A stretch of DNA of 64,000 nucleotides from an uncultured Planctomycetota bacterium (lineage in GTDB: Bacteria > Planctomycetota > Planctomycetia > Isosphaerales > Isosphaeraceae): NCBI GenBank assembly GCA_963737655.1, contig CAVTTN010000002.1, forward strand, positions 2,816,001 to 2,880,000. The letters are read 5' to 3'. Under the pieces are notes generated by a model. That model was not told the DNA's origin. It made no database searches and was given only the letters and a program-made list of their open reading frames with translations. Below, piece by piece: positions 21,709 to 35,965 of this stretch; position 1 is the first letter of the stretch, and every line of letters starts with the position of its first letter. Both the position numbers and the translations under genes were made by a program.

Positions 21709-21752
21709 CGTCGAGGCTCTCCGGTCGGTTCCGTGCGATCGGTTCGAATGGA

Positions 21753-22671
21753 TTACTGGGCGTCCGATTTCCTCGGGTCGGGCGCCGAGCTCGACGACCC
21801 GGGCGGATCGGAGTCGGCCTTCGCCCCCTCGGACTTCTGCCAGGTGGACCAGCATCGCTCGTTGTAGCAATCCACCAGGATATCGCGAGCCTCGTCGATC
21901 GAATCGGTGAGGATGAGCAGGTCCATGTCATTCGCGGAGATCATGCCTTCGGCCAGTTGCTTCGCCTTGATCCAGTCGATCAGGCCGCCCCAGTACGCCG
22001 AGCCGAACAGGACGATCGGGAACTTCTTGATCTTCCGGGTCTGCACCAGGGTGAGCGCCTCGAACAGCTCATCCAGGGTGCCGAAGCCGCCCGGGAAGAT
22101 CACGAACCCCTCGGAATACTTCACGAACATCGTCTTCCGAACGAAAAAGTAACGGAAGTTGATCTTGAGGTTCGCGAACGAGTTCCCGGCCTGCTCGAAC
22201 GGGAGCTCGATATTGCAGCCGACGGACAGTCCCTTGGCGTCGGACGCCCCGCGATTGGCGGCCTCCATGATCCCGGGGCCTCCTCCGGTGATCACGGCGA
22301 ACCCGGCCTCCACGAGCTTCTGGCCCAGGGCTCGCGCCTCGGCATAATACGGGCTGGATTCGGGCGCCCTCGCCGAGCCGAAGACCGAGACGGCCGCGCC
22401 GATCTCGGCCAGGGCGTTGAAGCCGTGGACGAACTCCCCCTGGATTCGAAGGACGCGCCAGGGGTCCGTGTGGATGAACGAGGCCAGCTCCGGGGCCCGG
22501 CCCGGGGTGTCGGCGGGACGGGCCGGTTGAGCAGCCCTTCGTCGGCCGTCCTCTTGCCGGGCCGGGGGGCGGGCCTGGGCGAGGCGATCCGCTTCGAGGC
22601 GGACGACGGATGGCCGTTGCCTGGAGGAAGCGTGGGAGAATCGGGGGACGGTGTGGCAGGGTCTTCGGACA
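21753..22671 (-). CDS. LOG-family (TIGR00730) nucleotide phosphoribohydrolase; frameshift ~22500
   Basis: WRVLRIQGEF, VFGSAR, TGGGPGIMEAAN, PGGFGTLDE. Confidence 0.92.
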
Positions 22672-22886
22672 TGATGGAACAATCCGCTCGAAACGGCCCG
22701 GATCGGGGGGAGAGACCGACGGTCGCCGACGATCCCGGGCCTCGGACCCCCTCATTGTACGCCAACGCCGATCCCCGAGCCTAGGGCGGTCGGCCGCGCG
22801 CCGGGCCGAGGATTCCCACCCGGGCCGCAATCGCCTAGGATATTCGCCTTGCGACCTCCGCCGCCCCTGTCCGCCCGAGCCCGTCC

Positions 22887-24787
22887 ATGCCGCTTGCCAA
22901 CTTCCCCCTGTCCGGCCTCCGCGTGGCGGCCTTCGAAAGCCGGTTGTCGGGACCGATGGCCGACCTGATCCGCAAGCACGGCGGGGAACCCGTCGAGGCG
23001 CCGGCCCTGCGAGAGGTCCCCCTCGGTCGCAACCCCCTCGCCGCCACCTTCGCCCTCGACCTGATCGCCCATCGATTCGATGTGGTGATCTTCTTGACGG
23101 GAGTGGGAGCCCGCTACTTGCTGGCCGAGGTCGAGCCCGTCGTCGGCCGGGAGCCGTTTCTCCAGGCCCTCGGCGGGCCGAGAATCGTCGTTCGCGGGCC
23201 GAAGCCCCTGGCCGTCCTTCGCGAATGGAAGGTCGGCGTGGATGTGCAGGTTCCCGAACCCAATACCTGGCGGGATCTCCTGACGACGCTCGACGCTCAA
23301 TTCCCGGTGGCCGGGCTCCGCGTCGCCGTTCAGGAATACGGCAAGCCCAACCCGGAGCTGGTCAAGGCCCTCGAAGCCCGGGGGGCAGCCGTGACGGTCG
23401 TCCCCGTCTACCGCTGGGAACTCCCGGAAGACGCCGGCCCGTTGCGAAGCGCCGTGGCCCAGATCGCCCTGGGATCGATCGACGCGGTCTTGTTCACTTC
23501 GGCCCAGCAGGTCGAGCATCTCCTCGCCGTCGCCGACGAGGATGGACACGGCGAGGCGGTCCGCCAGGCTCTCCGGGAACGGGTGGTCGTCGGCTCGATC
23601 GGCCCGACGACGACCGAGGCCCTCGCCCTTCACGGCATCCGGCCCGGGGTCCAGCCCGAACATCCCAAGATGGGGCATCTCGTCGCCGCCCTGGCAGAAC
23701 GATTTCGGGGTGGCGCCTCGACGACCATCGAACCCATCGATTCGGCCGGGTCCCCGGCACGCGACCCCCTCCAGGACAGCCCATTCCTCCGCGCCTGCCG
23801 TCGCGAGCCGAGCGGAGTGACGCCCATCTGGCTGATGAGGCAAGCGGGTCGCTATCAGCCGGAATACCGGGCGATCCGCGCCCGGGTCGGTTTCCTGGAA
23901 CTCTGCAAGACGCCGGAGCTTGCCGCCGAGGTCACGATCATGGCGGCCCATTCCCTGGGAGTCGATGCCGCGATCCTCTTCGCCGATATCCTCTTGATCC
24001 TCGAACCCCTCGGCTTCCATCTGGAATTCAGCAAGGGGGACGGCCCGGTCATCCATGACCCCATCCGGGCGGCGGCGGACGTCGATCGAGTCCGCCTCTT
24101 GGACGACCTTGCTCCCCTGGATTACGTGTTTGACGCCGTTCGCCTGATTCGCCGGGGTCTCCGGGCTGACGTCCCCCTGATCGGTTTCGCCGGGGCTCCA
24201 TTCACCCTGGCCTGTTACGCCATCGAGGGGGGAGGCTCGCGTCACTACGATCGCGCCAAGACATTCATGTATACCGATCTCGGTGCCTGGGATGCCCTGA
24301 TGGCCCGTTTGGTGGACGCCACGGCCGCCTACCTCAATGCCCAGGCCGACGCGGGCGCGCAGGTCCTGCAATTGTTCGATAGCTGGGTCGGCAACCTCTC
24401 GCCCGACGATTACCGCCGGTTCGTCCAGCCCCACATGAAACGCCTCTTCGCCTCGCTGCGTCCCGGGGTCCCGACGATCCACTTCGGGACCGACACCGGC
24501 TCGCTCCTGGAACTGCAGAAGGAGGCGGGCGGGGACGTGATCGGACTGGATTGGCGGGTCGAACTGGACCGGGCCTGGGACCGTCTCGGGCCCGAGGTGG
24601 CCGTTCAGGGCAACCTGGACCCCGTAGCCCTGTTCGCGCCCCGGACGGGCTCCGGCAGCAGGCCGCAGCAATCCTGGGGCGGGCCGGGGGCCGGCCCGGA
24701 CACATTTTCAACCTGGGACACGGGATTCTGCCGACCACTCCGGTGGATTCGGTCCGTAGATTGGTCGATTTCGTGCACGGATGCTAG
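22887..24787 (+). CDS. hemE: Fused uroporphyrinogen-III synthase (HemD) and uroporphyrinogen decarboxylase (HemE); frameshift ~24640
   Basis: N-half: FESRL, VYRW, FTSAQQV, SIGPTT, HPKMG. C-half: [41 protein letters not shown]. Confidence 0.93.
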
Positions 24788-25189
24788 GTTTTATGGCAGA
24801 AAAGTGACGTGAAGTCGATAGTCACGGAATGGGCCCGAAAAAAGGTGCGAAAAATCTCGGAATCCTGGGGTTGTGGTGTTGCAAAGCGGGTTGCGCGGTC
24901 ATTATTCTCTTGAGAGTTCACTTTCGAGGAAGACTTCACTCCGGCCGAACCGATCTCTCACGGCCCCTTCCTCGACGCTCACCGCCCGGACCCCAGATAA
25001 CGCGACTCTCCCCCGAAGTTATCACGATTCCTTCGTTCCATCCTCTCCGGGCGGCCCCGTTACTCCGTTGGCTCGTGGTCAGAGTTCCCGAATTCGCCGG
25101 GTTCTCTCCTCTCTCCGCTGGCCACCCCCGCATCTTCATTTCGTCTCGGTTCGGTTTGGTCCCTCCTGCCTTATTCGGAGAGTCTGCTC

Positions 25190-26242
25190 ATGTCCCACCC
25201 TCGAAAGACGCGTCGCGGCTTTACGCTGATCGAGCTGCTGGTGGTCATCGCGATCATCGGCGTGCTGATCGCCCTGCTGCTGCCGGCCGTCCAGGCCGCC
25301 CGCGAGGCCGCCCGCCGGGCCCAGTGCATCAACAACCTGAAGCAGATCGGCCTCGGGATGCACAACTACGAGAGCTCGAACGGCTGCTTCCCGATGGGCG
25401 GTATCGGCTACACCTACTTCAACACGCCGGCCCCCTGCTCCTACACCAATCAGACCGGCTTGTTCTCGTTCATCCTGCCCTACATGGAGCTGGGGAACGT
25501 GTTCAACTCGATCAACTTCCTGGTTCCCACCTATAACGGCGGAACGACCACCGGCGGGGTCAGCGGCAACTGGGGCTCGGTGCAGGCCACCGGCTACACC
25601 ACCCGCGTCGCCTCCTTCGTCTGCCCGAGCGACCAGGACCGGACCGACCACCGGACCGTCCAGAGCGTCCTGACCACCCCGCAGAACCCGTACTCGACCA
25701 CCTCCTACGCGGGCGTGGCCGGCACGATCGAGTGCAACTACTACGGGTATTACGGGTCGGTCCAGCCGTACTGCGAGGCCATCGAGCCCAACGGCATCTT
25801 CGGCCGCAACTACATCACCCGGATCGCCGACATCCGCGACGGCACGAGCAACACCCTGATGGTCGGCGAGACCTCGCGGTTCCTCAACGAGCCGGTCCAG
25901 CCCTTCAACTTCTGGAACCGTTGCGCCACGTTCATCGGCGACATCGGCAGCGACGTCAAGCCGATGTGCTTCGCCTACACCGTCCCGAAGATCAACGCCT
26001 CGGCCACCGGGTTCGACCCCTCCGGCGTGGACATGACCAACCCGTTCACCTGGTTCGCCGACCCCCGGTCGCAGCTCGACGGCGAGTTCGGCTTCCGCAG
26101 CTTCCACCCGGGCGGGGCCAACTTCCTCGTCGGCGACGGCACGGTCAAGTTCGTCAAGTCGGGCATCAACATCCTGGTGTATCAGGGCCTCGGCACCAAG
26201 GCCGGCGGCGAGATCACCCCGGGCGACGCCATCAATAACTAA
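25190..26242 (+). CDS. DUF1559 protein with prepilin-type N-terminus and H-X9-DG motif
   Basis: [54 protein letters not shown]. Confidence 0.96.
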   Translation: MSHPRKTRRGFTLIELLVVIAIIGVLIALLLPAVQAAREAARRAQCINNLKQIGLGMHNYESSNGCFPMGGIGYTYFNTPAPCSYTNQTGLFSFILPYMELGNVFNSINFLVPTYNGGTTTGGVSGNWGSVQATGYTTRVASFVCPSDQDRTDHRTVQSVLTTPQNPYSTTSYAGVAGTIECNYYGYYGSVQPYCEAIEPNGIFGRNYITRIADIRDGTSNTLMVGETSRFLNEPVQPFNFWNRCATFIGDIGSDVKPMCFAYTVPKINASATGFDPSGVDMTNPFTWFADPRSQLDGEFGFRSFHPGGANFLVGDGTVKFVKSGINILVYQGLGTKAGGEITPGDAINN

Positions 26243-26285
26243 GGTTGACTCTCGGCGTCGTGGCCGAGACGTACTCCTGGTTTGT

Positions 26286-26319
26286 CGCGGGGGATGAGGA
26301 GCGATCCTCGTCCCCCGCG
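26286..26319. terminator. GC-rich hairpin after the DUF1559 gene
   Basis: CGCGGGGGATGAGGA-GCGA-TCCTCGTCCCCCGCG. Confidence 0.5.
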
Positions 26320-26409
26320 TCGCATGCCAAAGCCCCCGGTCGAGCCTGGGCCCCTGCCAAACGGGCCGCCGGGCGAAACCCCTGAACAACGACGATTGGA
26401 GATTCCGCG

Positions 26410-26610
26410 ATGAAGGTCCGTCTGCTCGCCTCGTGCTTCGCCCTGCCAGTCGTCCTCGCCCTCTCGGGGTGCTCCGACGCCGATGCCCCCAAAGCCCCGG
26501 TCAATGTCGCTCCGGGCAAGGCCGACGTCATCGACCCGTTGAAGGACACGACCAAGAAGGAAAAGGGCGGGAAGGCCGTTTCGAAGCCCGGCGCCTCCGG
26601 GGTCGATTGA
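26410..26610 (+). CDS. Small lipoprotein accompanying DUF1559
   Basis: Lipobox LALSGC; preceded by a GGAGA RBS. Confidence 0.8.
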   Translation: MKVRLLASCFALPVVLALSGCSDADAPKAPVNVAPGKADVIDPLKDTTKKEKGGKAVSKPGASGVD

Positions 26611-26817
26611 TCGCCGTCGCCACCCTCGCTCGCTCGATCGCGGGCAACCTCGCCGAGGCGATTCGGCGGGTTGCCCGTCTCAGTTCTTGAGCGGCCCAGG
26701 CCCCTGTCCGGTCCCCCTCGCGATCCCGCTCCCTCCGGACTAGAATGGTCCTCGGCGGTCGTCGTCCCAGCTGAACGCACCGCGAAGTCCCCCGGACGAC
26801 CCCAGGAAGGTGGATCG

Positions 26818-29354
<2,537 letters not shown>

Positions 29355-29358
<4 letters not shown>

Positions 29359-29606
29359 GGCCCCTCTCCGTTGAAGAGGGCCAGGAGGTCGTCCGGAAGG
29401 GGATCGAAGAAGCTCGCCGGAACCTCAAAAGTTCCCTTGGCCAGTCCCAGAGGTCGGGGTGTCAGGTCCGTGGAGGTCGCTTCGGACGGACGGATTTCGG
29501 CCAACGGCCGATGCTCTCGGACCAGGAGGATCGATTCTCCGGCGGCCACCCGTTCGAGGAATCGCGCCGGATCGGCTTGCGCCTCTTGCCAGTCGATTCG
29601 CACCAT
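29355..29606 (-). CDS. Phd/YefM-like antitoxin
   Basis: EAQADPARFLERVAAGESILL..PLAEIRP; RPLGLAKG..VPASFFDPLPDDL; overlaps the vapC start. Confidence 0.85.
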
Positions 29607-29696
29607 CGCCGAGCCCCTCCGAAAAGGAAGATTCATTCTCGATTCTAGCGGATGGGGCCGAACCCGGCTATCGGCCCTGGGACGATGCGCCGATGA

Positions 29697-29725
29697 TTGA
29701 CGCGCCCTGGCCCTCCGCCTAAGAT
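29697..29725 (+). promoter_or_regulatory. Putative sigma70 promoter for acs
   Basis: TTGACG-N17-TAAGAT. Confidence 0.6.
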
Positions 29726-29796
29726 CGGGCCCACCCGAACGGCTCGCCTCCTCTCCCTGCTGATCGCCTTGCGTGGACCTCGCGGAGTCTCCCGAA

Positions 29797-31763
<1,967 letters not shown>

Positions 31764-31796
31764 TCCTCGCGGGATCTCGCGGGCCGCCCGCTCCGA

Positions 31797-32894
31797 TCAC
31801 GAGGCCGAGTCGTCCCGGACGATGCCCGCGTCCCGGGGTCGTCGGGGCGGGCTCGCCGGCCGGGCGATCAGATACCCCTGGAGGAAATCCGCGCCGTGGC
31901 GGCGGAGCCACTCGTATTCCGATTCCGTCTCGACCCCCTCGGCGATCGTCTGAACGCCCATTTCGCGGGCCATCTCCAGGAGCTTGGCGACGAGGATGCC
32001 TTTGAAGGAGTCGTTCCCGACGCCCCGGACCATCGCCATGTCCAGCTTGATGAAATCCGGGCGGATCTGGTGCAGGAGATTGAGCGACCCGTACCCCGAT
32101 CCCAGGTCGTCCAGGGCGACGCGGAAGCCGGACCGGCGGTAGGTCTCGGCGATCCGGACAAGGTGAGGGATGTCGGCGATGTGATCGCTCTCGACGATCT
32201 CGAAGACGATCTGTTGGGGGCAGAGACCCACGGCGGAAGCGGCGGCGAAGGTGCTCCGCAAGCAATAGGCCGGGTCGTACACCGACGTCGGGTTGAAGTT
32301 GATGAACAGGGCCGAATCTTCGCCCAGTCCCAGGCCCTTCGCCTCGCGGATGGCCGTGAGTCGGGCCGCGCGGTCGAGCTGGAACAGGAGGTCGGCATCG
32401 CGAGCGGCGGCGTACAGGTCCCCGGGGGGGATCAACGAGCCGTCGGCCGACACGCCTCGAAGGAGGCACTCGTGGGCCAAGACGCGCCCCGGGTCGTCGG
32501 CGAAGACGATCGGCTGGAAGTGAGTGGTCAGGCGGTCCTCGCGGAGGGCCTCCAGCAGCCAGTCGCTTCGGAAGAGGGCCAGGAGGGTCTTGAGCGAGAC
32601 GACGTCGGCCAGGTCGGCGACGGCCAGGCCCCCTCCCTCGGGGCGGATCATCGCCCTCGTCTCGCGGAGCTCGGTCGGGGACAGAGCCTCGTCCAGGCCC
32701 TCCAGGGCCCGGACTCCCTCCGGCCCCAGGGACGTGGCGAGCACGCCGGGCCCGACTTCCTCGAACCCCAGCCCCCGGTCGTCCAGGAACCGGGCCAGTG
32801 TCGCCTGGGTGTGGGCCAGCGGGGGCATTATGTAGAGAACGCCCGACCGGGATGGAGGGCTTGGGATCACCTGACAACGGATGCACGAACGCAC
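31797..32894 (-). CDS. EAL-domain c-di-GMP phosphodiesterase with N-terminal CxxC region
   Basis: HFQPI, ECLLR, FINFNP, FEIVESD, ALDDLGSGY, IKLD, AEGVET, QGY. Confidence 0.92.
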   Translation of the reverse strand: MRSCIRCQVIPSPPSRSGVLYIMPPLAHTQATLARFLDDRGLGFEEVGPGVLATSLGPEGVRALEGLDEALSPTELRETRAMIRPEGGGLAVADLADVVSLKTLLALFRSDWLLEALREDRLTTHFQPIVFADDPGRVLAHECLLRGVSADGSLIPPGDLYAAARDADLLFQLDRAARLTAIREAKGLGLGEDSALFINFNPTSVYDPAYCLRSTFAAASAVGLCPQQIVFEIVESDHIADIPHLVRIAETYRRSGFRVALDDLGSGYGSLNLLHQIRPDFIKLDMAMVRGVGNDSFKGILVAKLLEMAREMGVQTIAEGVETESEYEWLRRHGADFLQGYLIARPASPPRRPRDAGIVRDDSAS

Positions 32895-33326
32895 GATTCA
32901 CCTCCATTTGGGGGGCCGGTGCAAGCGATCCCTGCGATCAAAGTAGCTCATCTTCCGACCGGAAACCCGAGCCAGCCTGGAAGCGTCTCACGGGGCCAGG
33001 AGGTCCGGGGTCCGCTCGACGGCTTGGAACTCGCGGCGAGCGAGGAGACCGCGGGGGGGCGAGACCGGCGGATGGCGTGACGATCTGGAACAGATACTCA
33101 GGCGGCACGGATTCCCGGGCCCGATCAAGCGGATTGTCGATAAGTCCGATACAAGCATCGGAAGATCCGCTCCGGCCGCCCTAGCAGGGAGTTCCCGGGC
33201 GCGGAGGGCCGCGTCGGCGATGGCCGCGGCGAGGGTCGCGACAGCCGGCAAGCGATCGGTCAGGACGGGCGAGGCCGCCTTGCGGGCTCGGTCCGGGTCC
33301 GCCCTTAAGGATTATGGAGTCGAAAG

Positions 33327-35711
33327 ATGAAGGATCGAGTCCCGAAGCACTCTACGTCGTCCGGCAGCCGTCGAGTCCGAAGGCGTCATCAGCCGCTGTG
33401 CGAGGCCGTCGAGGCCCGGATGCTGCTCACGGTCTTCACGGTGAACACGCTCGATCAGTTCGGCGACGGCTCGACGACGATGTCGCTCTACGACGCGATC
33501 GAGGCTTCGAACTTCGACACCGCCGGCCCGAACGTGATCGACTTTGCCCTGCCGGGTTCGGGTGTCCAGACGATCAAGCCCACGTTCCCCCTGCCGAAGA
33601 TCACCCAGCCGGTGACCATCGACGGCTATTCCCAGCCGGGATCGGTCCCGAACACGGCGGCCCAGGGAGATAATGCGACTCCCTTGATCGTGATCGACGG
33701 CTCGGGTCTCAGCAACCCCACCATGGCCAGCGGGTTGGATGTCCAGGCCGACAACACGACGATCCGCGGCCTGGTGATCGACAATTTCGCCACCTATGGC
33801 GTGGGCTTCGTCGGGACGAACGATCACCTGGAAGGCAGCTTCGTCGGGGTCGATCCGACCGGCAAGATCGCCGCGCCCAACGGCCTGGGCGTGGGGATCT
33901 TCGGCGGCTCGGGGGTCGTCGGCGGCGCCACTCCGGCGGCCCGCAACGTGATCTCGGGCAACCTCGTCGGCGTTGGCGTCGCCAGCCTGGCCATCGACAG
34001 CAGCACGTCGATGCTGACCGCCACGCCGGGCGACCTCGTCCAGAACAACCTGATCGGCACCGACTCGACCGGCTCCGGCGACCTGGGCAACGGTTTCGCG
34101 GGCGTCCTCGTCGGCGGGTCGAACAACATCATCGGGGGCACCGCGGCCAACCAGTCGAACGTGATCGACTTCAACGGCAAGGCGGGCGCGGCCCTGAACC
34201 TCGGGGCGGGCGTGGCTGTGGTCGCGCTCTCGCCCGACGCCAAGTCGTCGGTCAGCCTGGCCAGCACGGGCGACCTCATCAGCGGTAATTCCATCTATGC
34301 GAATCAGGGACAGGGCATCGGCTTCGTGAATGTGCCGACCTCGACGCTCGAGCCGGTCCTGAACAATGCGTCGGGAGTGAACTATCCGGCGGTGATCACC
34401 GGCCTCCTGAGCCATCTTAACCTCGGCGTCTCGCCGAACGTCCACCTCCGGCCGGCAGGCGGCCCGAATAACCTCTTGAACTACCCGTCGCTGACCTCCG
34501 CGACCACCTCCGCGGGCGTGACGACGATCCTCGGCACCCTGGACGAAGCGCCGAAGACCGCCTACACGATCCAGTACTTCTCCAGCCCGATGGCCGGCTC
34601 CAACGGCTTCGGCCAGGGCCAGACCCTGCTGGGCCAGGCCTCGGTGACGACCGGCGCCGACGGCACGGCGTCCCTGAGCTTCTCGCCGACGGCCGCCCTG
34701 GCCAAGGGCCTGTCGATCTCGGCCGTGGCGATCGACCCGGCCGGCAACACCTCGCAGTTCTCCAACGCCGTGAGCGTCGTCAGTCCGGTGCCCCCGGCCC
34801 TGGTGGCCATCCCCGATCAGACCATCCCCGAGGGCGGAACGGTCTCGCTGACGGCCCTCGGCGCCGACGCCGACCCGACGGCGAAGCTCGTCTATTCGGC
34901 GAGTGTCGGGACGATCAACCCGACCACCGGGGCCTTCACGTACACCGCCCCGGCCGGGCCTGCCCTGACGCCGGTGACGATTACCGTGACCGACTCGACC
35001 AACCCCACGCTCTCGGCGTCGAAGACGTTCACGATCCACGTCCTCGACGTGGCGCCGACGGTCTCGGCCGGGGCCGACGCCTCCCTGCAAGCCGGCGGGA
35101 TGCTTTCGAGGACCGGCTCGTTCACCGACCCCGGGATTCAGACCTTCTCGGCCACCGTCAACTACGGAGACAATTCCGGGACGGTGCCCCTAGCCCTGAA
35201 CGCCGACAAGACGTTCACCCTGAACCACACCTACTCCACGTCGGGGACGTTCAAGGTGCTGGTCTCCGTGACCGACAGCGGTGGGTCGGCCGGCTCGGCC
35301 GCGTTCCAGGCTGTGGTCATCCCCAAGCCTCTGCAAATCACCGCCCCGGTGGCCGCGCCCATCAGCAAGGGCGCGTTGAAGCAGGTCGTGATCTCGTTCG
35401 GGGCGCCGGTGACCGGGGCGGCTACGCCCTCGAACTACCACCTCGCCCTGCTGACGACCAAGCGGGTTCGCGGCAAGATCGTCACCAACAACAAGCCGGT
35501 CACCATCAAGAGCGTCCAGTACGACAGCACGGCCGACACCGTCGCGGTGATCCCGGGCAAGAAGATCCCGGCGAAGATGACCGCCCAGTTGACCGTCAAC
35601 GCCTCGGGAATCCTCGACGCGTCCGGCCAACCGATCGACGGCAACCACGACGGCATCCCGGGTGGCAACCTGGTGATCAAGATCCAGAAGGGTGTCGCGA
35701 CGGTGCAGTGA
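33327..35711 (+). CDS. Large secreted beta-helix + Ig/PKD surface protein
   Basis: Planctomycete signal CEAVEARMLL; ARNVISGN / NLIGTD beta-helix repeats; GNTSQFS; PKD-like TVNYGD; DGNHDGIPGG. Confidence 0.88.
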   Translation: MKDRVPKHSTSSGSRRVRRRHQPLCEAVEARMLLTVFTVNTLDQFGDGSTTMSLYDAIEASNFDTAGPNVIDFALPGSGVQTIKPTFPLPKITQPVTIDGYSQPGSVPNTAAQGDNATPLIVIDGSGLSNPTMASGLDVQADNTTIRGLVIDNFATYGVGFVGTNDHLEGSFVGVDPTGKIAAPNGLGVGIFGGSGVVGGATPAARNVISGNLVGVGVASLAIDSSTSMLTATPGDLVQNNLIGTDSTGSGDLGNGFAGVLVGGSNNIIGGTAANQSNVIDFNGKAGAALNLGAGVAVVALSPDAKSSVSLASTGDLISGNSIYANQGQGIGFVNVPTSTLEPVLNNASGVNYPAVITGLLSHLNLGVSPNVHLRPAGGPNNLLNYPSLTSATTSAGVTTILGTLDEAPKTAYTIQYFSSPMAGSNGFGQGQTLLGQASVTTGADGTASLSFSPTAALAKGLSISAVAIDPAGNTSQFSNAVSVVSPVPPALVAIPDQTIPEGGTVSLTALGADADPTAKLVYSASVGTINPTTGAFTYTAPAGPALTPVTITVTDSTNPTLSASKTFTIHVLDVAPTVSAGADASLQAGGMLSRTGSFTDPGIQTFSATVNYGDNSGTVPLALNADKTFTLNHTYSTSGTFKVLVSVTDSGGSAGSAAFQAVVIPKPLQITAPVAAPISKGALKQVVISFGAPVTGAATPSNYHLALLTTKRVRGKIVTNNKPVTIKSVQYDSTADTVAVIPGKKIPAKMTAQLTVNASGILDASGQPIDGNHDGIPGGNLVIKIQKGVATVQ

Positions 35712-35752
35712 CCGTCCCGGAGACCGATCGACCGAACGAACCGACCCGTCCA

Positions 35753-35776
35753 CCCCGATCTCGGCCGAGATCGGGG
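35753..35776. terminator. Perfect 24-bp palindrome after the surface protein gene
   Basis: CCCCGATCTCGGCCGAGATCGGGG. Confidence 0.45.
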
Positions 35777-35965
35777 AGGGCGGGGCGTTCGCGCCCTTCG
35801 CTCAGCGACTTCGACGACCGATGCAAGACCGCCCCAATCCTCGCGACGGAGTCGCGCCGGGGCACTCTGCGACCGTTCGCCCAAGGAGGAGACAATGCGC
35901 GGACGATCGGCGGACCCTGACCGAATGGGGAGGGGTCCTCGTCCCCGGGGTGCCCGTCCTCCAGG

